A DNA stretch of 46,976 nucleotides from Candidatus Dojkabacteria bacterium (lineage in GTDB: Bacteria; Patescibacteriota; Dojkabacteria; SC72; JAHDCA01). Where the stretch lies: the NCBI GenBank assembly GCA_027036675.1, contig JALWDW010000005.1, positions 1 to 46,976 of the forward strand, in the 5' to 3' direction. Position 1 is the first letter of the stretch, and the number at the start of each line of letters is the position of its first letter. The notes below the pieces were generated by a model. The model did no database searches and was not told where the DNA came from. It worked only from the letters and a program-made list of their open reading frames with translations. The translations under genes and the position numbers were made by a program. This document shows, one piece after another, positions 36,904 through 45,192 of the stretch.

Positions 36904-37878
36904 TTATATACCACCGGTCATCAATATCACGCTGCCGTTCAAGCGCTCAGGGTTTTTCGCAGTCCGTACCGCCCGCACAAATCCCGCAATCGCCAACGCG
37001 CCCTCATGCGATGTAGACAAATGCTCCCCGGAGCTTATGATCTCGTCCAAGTCCTCTTGACGAATCATATTTCGCACTTCGCTGACCGCACGGTCGTCCA
37101 TAACCCACCCCCGACCTCCTGTCGCAACTACAGCTGCCAACACTTCTTTTTTCCTATGCGCCACTTTGTCCACGATACTGTCTACAATACTAGTTTTCGT
37201 AGCTCCGACCGCCCGGTCAAACTCCGGATCGATACTCTCGGCGATTGTATAAACCCTTGTCGTCTGTACTATATGCAATGCAGGGATACGAAATTCACGA
37301 TACTCGATATGTATTTTCGCAAATCCGTCATATATCCCCACCGTCGTCGTACCGCTTGAGACGGGTATGAAAAGTGCCGGTATCTCTCCGTACTTTTTAT
37401 ACGGAAATTCGTCATAAATCTCAACGGCTATATTTTCATACCCTTTGGTGGCGTATTTATCAGTGGAACCTCGCAACAATGTCGATCCATGCTCTGTAGC
37501 AAACATATGCGCGTGAGAGATCGTTTTCGCTTCAATATGTACGGTGGTATGGGCTGGATTGACATAATTGCGCAATTTGCTCAGTTTTGCGGAGCTGATA
37601 CGCGGACTTATGAAAATATCCAGGTTGATGGGTCGCTGCGTGGTCGTTTGGTTTAACCTGTCTACCACGTATGCACCAGCTATTGCGGAGTTACCGGACG
37701 ACGATATCACAAAATTTCGCCGTCCATCGTCTATATGGGCCAATACTTGTTCGTATATTCCTCGTATTTTATGCGAACCGGTCACATTTAGATCTTCTCT
37801 TTTCAACAGAATCTCGTAAGATTCACCATCCACATTGATTTTTATTGCCTCCAACGGAGTTTTTTTACTCATATCCAT
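36904..37878 (-). CDS. Fold-type II PLP-dependent enzyme (threonine synthase/dehydratase/serine racemase-like)
   Basis: The PLP-lysine motif is LKREDLNVTGSHKIRG. It also has the SSSGNSAIAGA loop and the glycine-rich loop PVSSGTTTVG. Confidence 0.8.
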   Translation of the reverse strand: MDMSKKTPLEAIKINVDGESYEILLKREDLNVTGSHKIRGIYEQVLAHIDDGRRNFVISSSGNSAIAGAYVVDRLNQTTTQRPINLDIFISPRISSAKLSKLRNYVNPAHTTVHIEAKTISHAHMFATEHGSTLLRGSTDKYATKGYENIAVEIYDEFPYKKYGEIPALFIPVSSGTTTVGIYDGFAKIHIEYREFRIPALHIVQTTRVYTIAESIDPEFDRAVGATKTSIVDSIVDKVAHRKKEVLAAVVATGGRGWVMDDRAVSEVRNMIRQEDLDEIISSGEHLSTSHEGALAIAGFVRAVRTAKNPERLNGSVILMTGGI

Positions 37879-37883
37879 GGCAA

Positions 37884-37892
37884 ATCATAACA
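37884..37892 (-). promoter_or_regulatory. Extended -10 element (TGtTATGAT) 5 nt before the ATG of the PLP-enzyme gene
   Basis: The minus strand reads ttTGTTATGATttgccATG. It would give a leaderless transcript heading the PLP - ATP-grasp - P60 - mraY - murE - murC - rsmI gene string. Confidence 0.4.
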
Positions 37893-37933
37893 AAATGCCA
37901 CGAAGGATGGAAGTTACATGCGGGCGTAATAAA

Positions 37934-37942
37934 TGTTATACT
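37934..37942 (+). promoter_or_regulatory. Extended -10 element (TGtTATACT) upstream of the small LysW-like ORF
   Basis: The sequence aaATGTTATACTctg lies about 33 nt before ATG 37975. It has the same ATGTTAnAnT form as the tmk and tyrS elements. Confidence 0.35.
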
Positions 37943-37974
37943 CTGCAAACAATTAAGATAATACGTATAATGAC

Positions 37975-38151
37975 ATGGAAGAGAACAATACTACTGTCAT
38001 TTGTCCTGAATGTGGCAACCCCATCACCGTGGAAGACGGCAAAGTAGTGGGCGACATCATCGAGTGTGAGACTTGCTTGACTACTTGTGAAGTCGTCGAT
38101 GTCGCTGATGATGGGGCATTGGAAATCGAACTGGTCGAAGAAGAGAAGTAG
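37975..38151 (+). CDS. Small zinc-ribbon protein with an acidic tail, LysW/ArgW (amino-group carrier protein)-like
   Basis: This is a 58-aa ORF, below the 60-aa cutoff of the supplied track: MEENNTTVICPECGNPITVEDGKVVGDIIECETCLTTCEVVDVADDGALEIELVEEEK. The pattern CPxCG-x(15)-CxxC-x(4)-EVV followed by an acidic tail matches LysW as I recall it. However, the C-terminus is EEEK rather than EDWGE. Confidence 0.55.
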   Translation: MEENNTTVICPECGNPITVEDGKVVGDIIECETCLTTCEVVDVADDGALEIELVEEEK

Positions 38152-38396
38152 CTGACCGACATACCGCATCTGCTGAACGTCCCTCCACGGAACGATTCTG
38201 ACAGTTTGGAAACCGCTACACCCTCAACATCAACCTTACTATCGGGATATCGCACCGAGGGTGTTGAGCTTTCATCTATGGGAAAAAGTCTCTCCCAACG
38301 GCGGGGATGGTCCTCGGGAATGGGAAGGCTGGCAGAACCGCGAAGGCTGTACTCGTGCAACAAGTAACCACACTCAGGTAACGCGCGATTCACCTG

Positions 38397-38613
38397 TGGT
38401 GAAATTTTCATTAAAGTTTCATCTGCGGTCGCACACAACCAAGCCTACTACGACTGGTGGTCGCAACTAGACCATCATTGATCTGTACGCAGTGTGAGAA
38501 TTTCATTGGTTTGTCATCCGCAGGAATGGAACCCATGGATTAGAGTGGCCGACAGGATAAGCAAATCAACGCCATGCGGATTTGTCAAAAGCTTTCATTC
38601 GCAGTCACACACT
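38397..38613 (+). repeat. Three degenerate repeat blocks spaced about 90 bp apart, each holding two TTTCAT/TTGTCA half-sites 11 bp apart
   Basis: Block 1 is TTTTCATtaaaGTTTCATctgcggtcgcacaca (38404-38436). Block 2 is ATTTCATtggtTTGTCATccgcagg (38500-38524). Block 3 is TTTGTCAaaagCTTTCATtcgcagtcacacac (38581-38612). Blocks 1 and 3 match at about 21 of 25 positions over AAAG(C)TTTCATYYGCRGTCRCACAC. Confidence 0.55.
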
Positions 38614-38660
38614 GCCATACACCACTTGCGACGGTTTGCAAATGAGGGCAACAGCAGCCC

Positions 38661-41132
38661 TTACTTCACCTTTTCTATATGCAAGCTACCATTCTTAACA
38701 GTGACCTTGATGGTATCGCCTTCTTCAATATCCTCCGATAGTATCTTCTCAGATAAAGGAGTTTCTAATTCACGCTGTATAGTTCTTTTGATCGGTCTGG
38801 CGCCAAATTCCGGGTCATACCCAACCTCGGCAATAAACTCATATACTTTGTCATCTATCTCCAGCTTCAACCCTTGGGCACGTAACAATCCCTCCAAATC
38901 CTTAAGTAAAATCTTCACAATCTCAATAATTTGGGCTTTCTCCAAACCTTTGAAAACTATTACTTCGTCAAGTCTGTTAAGAAATTCAGGGCGGAAATAT
39001 TGCTTTAGATCTTCCTTTAATTCCTCAGTTAATTTGGCCCATTTTGACTCCAACTCTTTTTTATCCACCCCTGGCTTCTGTGAAGTCTTTAAGAATTTCA
39101 TAATCTTAGAAGACCCGATGTTGCTAGTTGCTATGATGATAGTATTTTTAAAGTCTACAGTACGTCCCTTGGCATCAGTCAATCGACCATCGTCCAGGAC
39201 TTGTAGCAATATATTGAACACATCAGGATGGGCTTTCTCTATCTCATCAAGCAAAATCACACTGTACGGCTTGCGTCGCACCGCTTCAGTCAATTGACCA
39301 CCCTCCTCGTGTCCGACATAACCCGGGGGAGAACCTACCAACCGCGATACGGCAAATTTTTCCATATACTCTGACATATCCAATCTGATCATAGCATCTT
39401 CGTCACCAAATATCTGTTGCGCTATGGCTTTGGCAAGCAATGTCTTCCCCACTCCGGTCGGACCCATGAATAAGAACGATGCAATTGGCCGGTTTTTATC
39501 CTTCAAGCCGACCCGTGAACGTCTGATTGCCTGTGATATGGCTTTGACTGCGTACTCTTGTCCTACCACTCGTTGGTGTAGCGTATCTTCTAACGCCAAA
39601 AGCTTCTCCCTTTCCTCGGCGCGTAAGTCCGATACTGGTATACCCGTCATCATCGCCACAACGTCAGCGATATCGTCAGCCACGACTCTCGGAGTGCCCG
39701 TACCTTTTTTGCGAAGCCATTCTTGTTCCAGAGGTTCAATTTCTTTCTTCTTCTTCTCGATCTGCACCTTGATTTCCGCGGCCTTTTTGTGCTCACCGGC
39801 ACGACTCAACGACTCACGCTCTTTTTCCAATTGCTCAAGCTGATGTTTGACTTCACGCAATTCATCAGGCTCCGAGGTCGCGGCCAATCTTACACGCGAA
39901 GCTGCCTCATCTATCAGGTCGATAGCTTTGTCCGGTAAAAATCGATCCTGTATATATCGAGCCGACAATTCCGCGGCGGCAACGATCGCTTCGTCGGTCA
40001 GCTTGACCTTGTGGTGTCCTTCATATCTGTCTTTAAGGCCTTGCAATATTTCGATTGTTTGTTCGACCGTAGGTTCATTTACCAACACCGGTTGGAATCT
40101 GCGTTCCAAAGCGGCATCTTTCTCTATATATTTTTTATACTCCGCAAGCGTGGTTGCACCGATTACTTGTAATTCGCCTCTGGCGAGTGCAGGTTTCAAC
40201 ATATTGGATAAGTCCATCTGACCTTCTTGCGCGCCGGTCCCGACGATAGTATGCAATTCATCTATGAATAGGATTATGTCCCTCCCAGCTTTGCCGAGTT
40301 CTTCAATCACCTTTTTGGCGCGTTCTTCAAATTCACCTCTATATTTACTACCTGCGACCAATCCCGCAACATCTAGTTCCAATACCTTTTTATTTTGCAA
40401 AACATCCGGGACCATACCTTGAGTAATCCTGTACGCAAGACCCTCCACGATTGCAGTTTTGCCCACACCAGGTTCTCCGATCAATACCGGATTGTTTTTC
40501 TTCCTGCGCGTCAGTATCTGGATTGTACGTGTAATCTCGTCAGATCGCCCAATCACAGGATCTATCTTGCCTTGTTTTGCCAATTCGGTAAGATTTCTCG
40601 AAAACTTGTCCAATGTCGGTGTTGCACTTTTTTCTTGCGATTTTTTACCCTCTTTATCACCTTCGCCGACAACCTTCATGACAGCTTGTCTTGCTTTCAC
40701 TTGCGTCACTCCCAATCTGTCAAACAACTGCGCGGCGATACCTTCACCTTCCATGATCAAACCCAACAGTATATGCTCACCGCCGATATAGTTGTGTTTC
40801 AATTGCATCGCTTCTTGAAACGCGTATTGCAACACTTGTTTCGCTCTGGGTGTCAATCCTGGTGTGTCAACATTTTCAGATCCCTCCGGCATCAACTCTT
40901 CAGCTTGCTTAAGTAGCATTTTTTTATCTGCGCCAAGTTCTTTCAATACTCTTTCCACAACCGGGTCATCTTGCAGAATACCTACCAGTAAATGTTCTGT
41001 ATCTATATTGCGAACATGGTGCATCAACGCTGATTCTGCAGCCTTCTGCAATGAATTTTTGGCCCGTTCTGAAAAATACGATGTAATATCAATCCTTTCA
41101 CCACCACCTCCATATTGATTAAATCCACTCAT
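38661..41132 (-). CDS. clpC: Clp/Hsp100 AAA+ chaperone, ClpC-like (two NBDs, short middle domain)
   Basis: It has N-terminal Clp repeats, Walker A motifs GEPGVGKT and GPTGVGKT, and a coiled-coil linker of only about 60 aa between the NBDs, which is ClpC-like rather than ClpB-like. I saw no obvious IGF-type ClpP-docking loop. Confidence 0.9.
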   Translation of the reverse strand: MSGFNQYGGGGERIDITSYFSERAKNSLQKAAESALMHHVRNIDTEHLLVGILQDDPVVERVLKELGADKKMLLKQAEELMPEGSENVDTPGLTPRAKQVLQYAFQEAMQLKHNYIGGEHILLGLIMEGEGIAAQLFDRLGVTQVKARQAVMKVVGEGDKEGKKSQEKSATPTLDKFSRNLTELAKQGKIDPVIGRSDEITRTIQILTRRKKNNPVLIGEPGVGKTAIVEGLAYRITQGMVPDVLQNKKVLELDVAGLVAGSKYRGEFEERAKKVIEELGKAGRDIILFIDELHTIVGTGAQEGQMDLSNMLKPALARGELQVIGATTLAEYKKYIEKDAALERRFQPVLVNEPTVEQTIEILQGLKDRYEGHHKVKLTDEAIVAAAELSARYIQDRFLPDKAIDLIDEAASRVRLAATSEPDELREVKHQLEQLEKERESLSRAGEHKKAAEIKVQIEKKKKEIEPLEQEWLRKKGTGTPRVVADDIADVVAMMTGIPVSDLRAEEREKLLALEDTLHQRVVGQEYAVKAISQAIRRSRVGLKDKNRPIASFLFMGPTGVGKTLLAKAIAQQIFGDEDAMIRLDMSEYMEKFAVSRLVGSPPGYVGHEEGGQLTEAVRRKPYSVILLDEIEKAHPDVFNILLQVLDDGRLTDAKGRTVDFKNTIIIATSNIGSSKIMKFLKTSQKPGVDKKELESKWAKLTEELKEDLKQYFRPEFLNRLDEVIVFKGLEKAQIIEIVKILLKDLEGLLRAQGLKLEIDDKVYEFIAEVGYDPEFGARPIKRTIQRELETPLSEKILSEDIEEGDTIKVTVKNGSLHIEKVK

Positions 41133-41176
41133 ATCTATAGTATCCTCATCAATTTATTTACTTAAAGCTAATATGG

Positions 41177-41204
41177 ATTATAAACTCTTTGTTTTTTCAG
41201 TCAA
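41177..41204 (-). promoter_or_regulatory. Sigma-70-type promoter of clpC (TTGACT-N16-TATAAT)
   Basis: On the minus strand, TTGACT lies at 41199-41204 and TATAAT at 41177-41182. A GAGGA Shine-Dalgarno-like element lies 11 nt before the ATG. Confidence 0.6.
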
Positions 41205-41289
41205 GTAAACTCACGACCCATAGAGAATTTAGTCGAAAACTACTGCTCATGATAAAATCATCTTTTCAAATAATGATATTATTCAATTT

Positions 41290-42009
41290 ATGAAGACTTT
41301 TTCTTCCGTCACAGTCAAGAAGCACAAATATCTGGTAAAAATTCGCTTTGTGCGATCTTACAATCATCTCAGAGGTGTATTACGACGATTTAAATTTAAC
41401 TACAATCATAAGCTTGCAAAGCTCGATATACATGCATTGCCATACCCGACGGACTGGCAAAAATTACGAAGGTACAAAAGGTTGGTTGTAGAGATAGGTT
41501 CGGGTCATGGGGAATTGATCGCCGATTTATCACAAAAACGACCTGATGACCTGTTTATCGGTTTTGAGATAATTTCAAAGTTTATGAGGATGGGTATGCG
41601 TCGGCTCTCTTCAGTAGACAATGCGCGAATTTTCAAAGCCGAAGCGTACGGGATTATTCCGCTTATATTTGCAGATGAGACGATCGACGAGACGTATATA
41701 CTTTTCCCGGACCCTTGGCACAAAAGACGCCATCACAAAAGGCGCCCGTTGACAACAGAGTGGTTCAGTATCTTACACAAAAAAACAACTTCGGGAGGTT
41801 CGTTCCTTTTCGTCACGGATTGGGAAGATTATTATGACTTCGTATCCGCGCAACTGGAGACCTGCGACGCAGGTTGGGACATCAAGACGGGTGAATACAA
41901 GCCGGAAAGTTTCGGACTACCGCAGACTCACTATTACAAAAAGTGGTTGAAATTGGGCAGAAATTTTCGCTATATCCTCGGTCGCAAACGTCAATCGAAT
42001 ATTTCGTGA
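41290..42009 (+). CDS. trmB: tRNA (guanine46-N7)-methyltransferase TrmB
   Basis: It contains VVEIGSGHGE and the hallmark FPDPWHKRRHHKRR. The 3' end overlaps the 3' end of murG by 19 nt. Confidence 0.9.
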   Translation: MKTFSSVTVKKHKYLVKIRFVRSYNHLRGVLRRFKFNYNHKLAKLDIHALPYPTDWQKLRRYKRLVVEIGSGHGELIADLSQKRPDDLFIGFEIISKFMRMGMRRLSSVDNARIFKAEAYGIIPLIFADETIDETYILFPDPWHKRRHHKRRPLTTEWFSILHKKTTSGGSFLFVTDWEDYYDFVSAQLETCDAGWDIKTGEYKPESFGLPQTHYYKKWLKLGRNFRYILGRKRQSNIS

Positions 42010-43166
42010 AATACGATCTCCGCTCCGTTGTCCGGGAAGAGATTTTGCAATGCATCCTCGTCGATCGGTAGTGTTTGTTTTTTGATGGCTTCATTCATCG
42101 AATCTATGGTTGCCGTCAGGGTACCGGGGTTCAGATCACTTTCTTCGATTACTTTGGCCAAACCAACATCGACGAGATTCTGCGCGTTTTTCATTTGCTC
42201 GTTGTGGGTAACCCACGGTATCGGGACAAGTATGGACGGTTTGCGCAACAACGCCATCTCATACACCAGCCCCGCACCGCTCCTACCTACGAAAATATCC
42301 GTCTTGGACATTACGTATCCAAAATCAGCCTCATGAACAAATTTTATAATCAGCACATTGTCACGCATAAACTCGGGCAGGTCTTCCACTCGTTTGGTCA
42401 ACTTGTCGAAATCGCCGGTAGCGGAATTATCCCCAGTTTGCAGTATCAAGAAATATTTTTCCAGTAATTTTGGCAATGTTTGCAAAAATACGGTATTCAA
42501 TTTATGCGACCCCTGACCACCGCCAATCAAAGTTACGACCGGTACATCCCCCACCTTGTCCAGTTGCGATTTGAGTTTATGCGCCAGTTTCGCTTGTTGG
42601 GTCAATGAAGTATCAAATATAGAACGGCGGATCAGGTGTCCTGACAATACCACCTTATCTTTGGGGAGTTCGTCCAATGAACTGGCAAATGATACGAACA
42701 CTTTTTTTGCAAATTTGGCCACAATCTTATTGGCAAGCCCCACACTTGCGGTCTGTTCATGCAAGTAAACAGGCACACGCAATGCGCGCGCGGCCATACA
42801 TACGGGCACCGTCACATATCCTCCGGTTGCGAAAACGAGGTCGGGGCTAAATTGCTTGATCAATTTCAACGATTGCAAAAATCCCTTCGTGACTTCAAAC
42901 GGCATAGTTAATGTTGTAAGGTCGGGTTTTCGTTGAAGTTTACCGGCACTTACCGCCTTGAACGGGATCTGTGTGTTTTGTTCGATGATTTTTTGCTCGA
43001 GGCTTAGAGAAGACGGATCTCCCGCCATACCTTTATTTCCACCAATGTATAGGATATTTTCCAGTACAGACCGCTCGCCGTATTCTCGCATCAGTTTATC
43101 AACAAACGCTTTGGCGGTATTTACGTGCCCGCCCGAACCGCCTCCGGTAACCAGTATTCTTTTCAT
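41991..43166 (-). CDS. murG: MurG-type (GT28) undecaprenyl-PP-MurNAc-pentapeptide GlcNAc transferase
   Basis: The N-terminus is MKRILVTGGGSGGHVNTAKAF, and the C-terminal domain carries GRSGAGLVYEMALLRKPSILVP. Confidence 0.85.
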   Translation of the reverse strand: MKRILVTGGGSGGHVNTAKAFVDKLMREYGERSVLENILYIGGNKGMAGDPSSLSLEQKIIEQNTQIPFKAVSAGKLQRKPDLTTLTMPFEVTKGFLQSLKLIKQFSPDLVFATGGYVTVPVCMAARALRVPVYLHEQTASVGLANKIVAKFAKKVFVSFASSLDELPKDKVVLSGHLIRRSIFDTSLTQQAKLAHKLKSQLDKVGDVPVVTLIGGGQGSHKLNTVFLQTLPKLLEKYFLILQTGDNSATGDFDKLTKRVEDLPEFMRDNVLIIKFVHEADFGYVMSKTDIFVGRSGAGLVYEMALLRKPSILVPIPWVTHNEQMKNAQNLVDVGLAKVIEESDLNPGTLTATIDSMNEAIKKQTLPIDEDALQNLFPDNGAEIVFHEIFD

Positions 43167-43248
43167 ATGTCAGTATATCACTATTGACCAAAGCCATGCG
43201 AGACTATTTCTACTCGACATGGGAAAAAGCCCGCCCGGTATAGCGCCC

Positions 43249-44478
43249 TTATGTCTTATTTTGTTTGGCAATATTCAGCAACAATGCAATCCCGGCCAGG
43301 TTCACTATCATGGCCGAGCCACCGTATGTCAAAAAAGGCAATGGGATACCAGTCAACGGGATGACACCGATATTAGCCGATATATTCAACATCGCTTGTG
43401 CAAAAAGCCATACCACGATGCCAACCCCGACCAGTTTAGCCTCATAATCGCTTGTATTTCGCACTATCTTGATACCGTAATACAGAAACCCCAACCACAG
43501 CGCGATGAAGATCAACCCACCGATCAACCCGGTTTCCTCCAGCATCACGGCGATGATCGAGTCCGTATGAGCCTCGAAGCCCAAGTATCCGAATTTTTGA
43601 CGGGAAGCACCCAACCCCCTTCCAAACCAACCGCCCGAACCTACCGCATACAATATTTGTTGCAGTTGATAGCCTTTGCCCAAAGGATCGAGCACGGCAC
43701 CAGTCGTCAGTAAATGTGTATACACCGCGATCCGCTCCGATCTGTACGACGCCAGACTCGCAGAGATCAGACCCAATATACCGGCTACAGCCCCCAACGC
43801 CATAGTGCCGTACGTATGGATTTTGTCCTCGCTTGACACAAAGAATACGGCCGTTACTACAAATCCTATGATTGCCGCAGTGCCCAGATCCCTTTCCAAC
43901 AATACCAAGCCAAGCACGAAGATCAATAAAATACCAAAGTACATAAATTTCTGTCCAACCCCCGACCTTTTGAGACTGGCCAGTCCTTTGTAATTTGTAT
44001 TCCACTTAGGTAACCATGAAGCCATGTATATGATCATCCCCAATTTGGCGAATTCCGCAGGCTGTATCGGTATACCTGCAACTCGTATCCATCGGGACGC
44101 CCCGTTTCTTGCCGAAACACCCAAAAGACCGTTGTCTATTTTCATCAGCGGGATCACCAAGATCGCTACCAGGAGAAATAAAACCCCGCCCATGATGAAC
44201 ACCGACATTCTTTGTAGCAGTTTGTAATTCAGGTTATAAAGTATCCAAGCCAATACCACCGCTATGAATGTCCAAATGATTTGCAATTTGACATAATAAA
44301 ATCTGTCGTAATGCGACAAAGCGCTTCGTCCGGCAGTATAGACACTTGCATCAAACACCATCAGTACCCCAAAGAGTACCATAAAGACCGTGAAAATTTT
44401 GATATATCCAGAAGCCGTCTCCAACTCCTTATTCACGTATTTTGCTTTTGACCTTCTGCCACTGGAAATATTTTTCAT
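43249..44478 (-). CDS. ftsW: SEDS-family peptidoglycan polymerase FtsW/RodA
   Basis: The protein is polytopic and 409 aa long. It carries the SEDS signatures HTDSIIAVMLEETGLIGG and PLTGIPLPFLTYGGSAM. It lies immediately upstream of murG. Confidence 0.9.
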   Translation of the reverse strand: MKNISSGRRSKAKYVNKELETASGYIKIFTVFMVLFGVLMVFDASVYTAGRSALSHYDRFYYVKLQIIWTFIAVVLAWILYNLNYKLLQRMSVFIMGGVLFLLVAILVIPLMKIDNGLLGVSARNGASRWIRVAGIPIQPAEFAKLGMIIYMASWLPKWNTNYKGLASLKRSGVGQKFMYFGILLIFVLGLVLLERDLGTAAIIGFVVTAVFFVSSEDKIHTYGTMALGAVAGILGLISASLASYRSERIAVYTHLLTTGAVLDPLGKGYQLQQILYAVGSGGWFGRGLGASRQKFGYLGFEAHTDSIIAVMLEETGLIGGLIFIALWLGFLYYGIKIVRNTSDYEAKLVGVGIVVWLFAQAMLNISANIGVIPLTGIPLPFLTYGGSAMIVNLAGIALLLNIAKQNKT

Positions 44479-44548
44479 AAATCAGTATACTATTTGTAAA
44501 CAGGATGTACTATACTATTTTCATCGGAATATATGTAATCACAAAGCT

Positions 44549-44887
44549 ATGGAAGGAAATACAAACAACACTGCGGATCCAACAACAGGTTTACCGCAAA
44601 CCCAGCCCCCGACCCCGAAACCTGTACCGACTCAGCCGACATTGCACCCGAAGCAACCCACCCCCAACACGGAGACTGCCACACAGACTACCCAACAAAA
44701 TGTGCAAAACTCGAACACGCCGAATGACCCGTTGCTGACCGACAAAACGTTTTCGGAGGATCTGACAGCTCGTTGGAATAGTTGGAAATGCATGGTGTGT
44801 GGATACGTTTACGAAGGGGTCCGCCCCAGGACTACCTGCCCTCGATGCGGTAACAGTGATCCTGACAAATTTTTAGATATAGACTGA
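44549..44887 (+). CDS. Small protein with a P/T/Q-rich N-terminal half and a C-terminal rubredoxin-type zinc ribbon
   Basis: ORF 44390..44887 is trimmed to ATG 44549 because the upstream part overlaps ftsW. The C-terminus is WKCMVCGYVYEGVRPRTTCPRCGNSDPDKF (CxxC-x13-CxxC). Confidence 0.6.
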   Translation: MEGNTNNTADPTTGLPQTQPPTPKPVPTQPTLHPKQPTPNTETATQTTQQNVQNSNTPNDPLLTDKTFSEDLTARWNSWKCMVCGYVYEGVRPRTTCPRCGNSDPDKFLDID

Positions 44888-45192
44888 TCGCACTTGCTCA
44901 AGACTTACACACCCTCGAAACTGTTCTGACGAAGATCCATTAGCAGGACGCGGTGTGCTGATCTACCCACGCATAATGTATGCATATTGCGCTCGAAGGT
45001 GGGTCATGATGCAAATTGATTGGCAAGCTTCTTGTTTGGGTAACCGCTAAATTCCCTCTTTTGGCCGTCCGGTATCGTATCGAGTAAATCAAGCTCGGAT
45101 TAATGTGACGAAGGTTACTCAGCGAAAGCAATATCCGTAGAAGTGCCAAGAGTCCTCCTCCATAGCACATTGATTTAGCTTGATTGTCGTAG

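Noticed and set aside
37953-38438. 161-aa minus-strand ORF overlapping the LysW-like ORF
   Set aside because: The product is Ser/Thr/Pro-rich and featureless. It has no start context, and it lies antisense to an ORF with a clear zinc-ribbon pattern. It also runs through the repeat blocks of the gap.
38404-38612. Replication origin (DnaA boxes) or bona fide Pho boxes in the TTTCAT/TTGTCA repeat blocks
   Set aside because: No TTATCCACA-like 9-mers are present and no dnaA or dnaN gene is nearby. The heptamers only loosely match CTGTCAT, and no -10 element follows at the expected distance. I keep this as an unexplained repeat finding.
38494-39297. Long ORFs antisense to clpC (also 7958-8542 and 6701-7243 antisense to secA, 15848-16681 antisense to rbcL, 19395-20085 antisense to tatD/GH18, and 42958-43713 across murG/ftsW)
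   Set aside because: These are shadow ORFs opposite genes with unambiguous full-length homology. Their products are low complexity and have no motifs.
41195-41215. CtsR operator upstream of clpC (AGTCAAGtaaACTCACG)
   Set aside because: Only the first heptad approximates the GGTCAAA repeat and the second is poor. The apparent match is largely the -35 box TTGACT read on the other strand.
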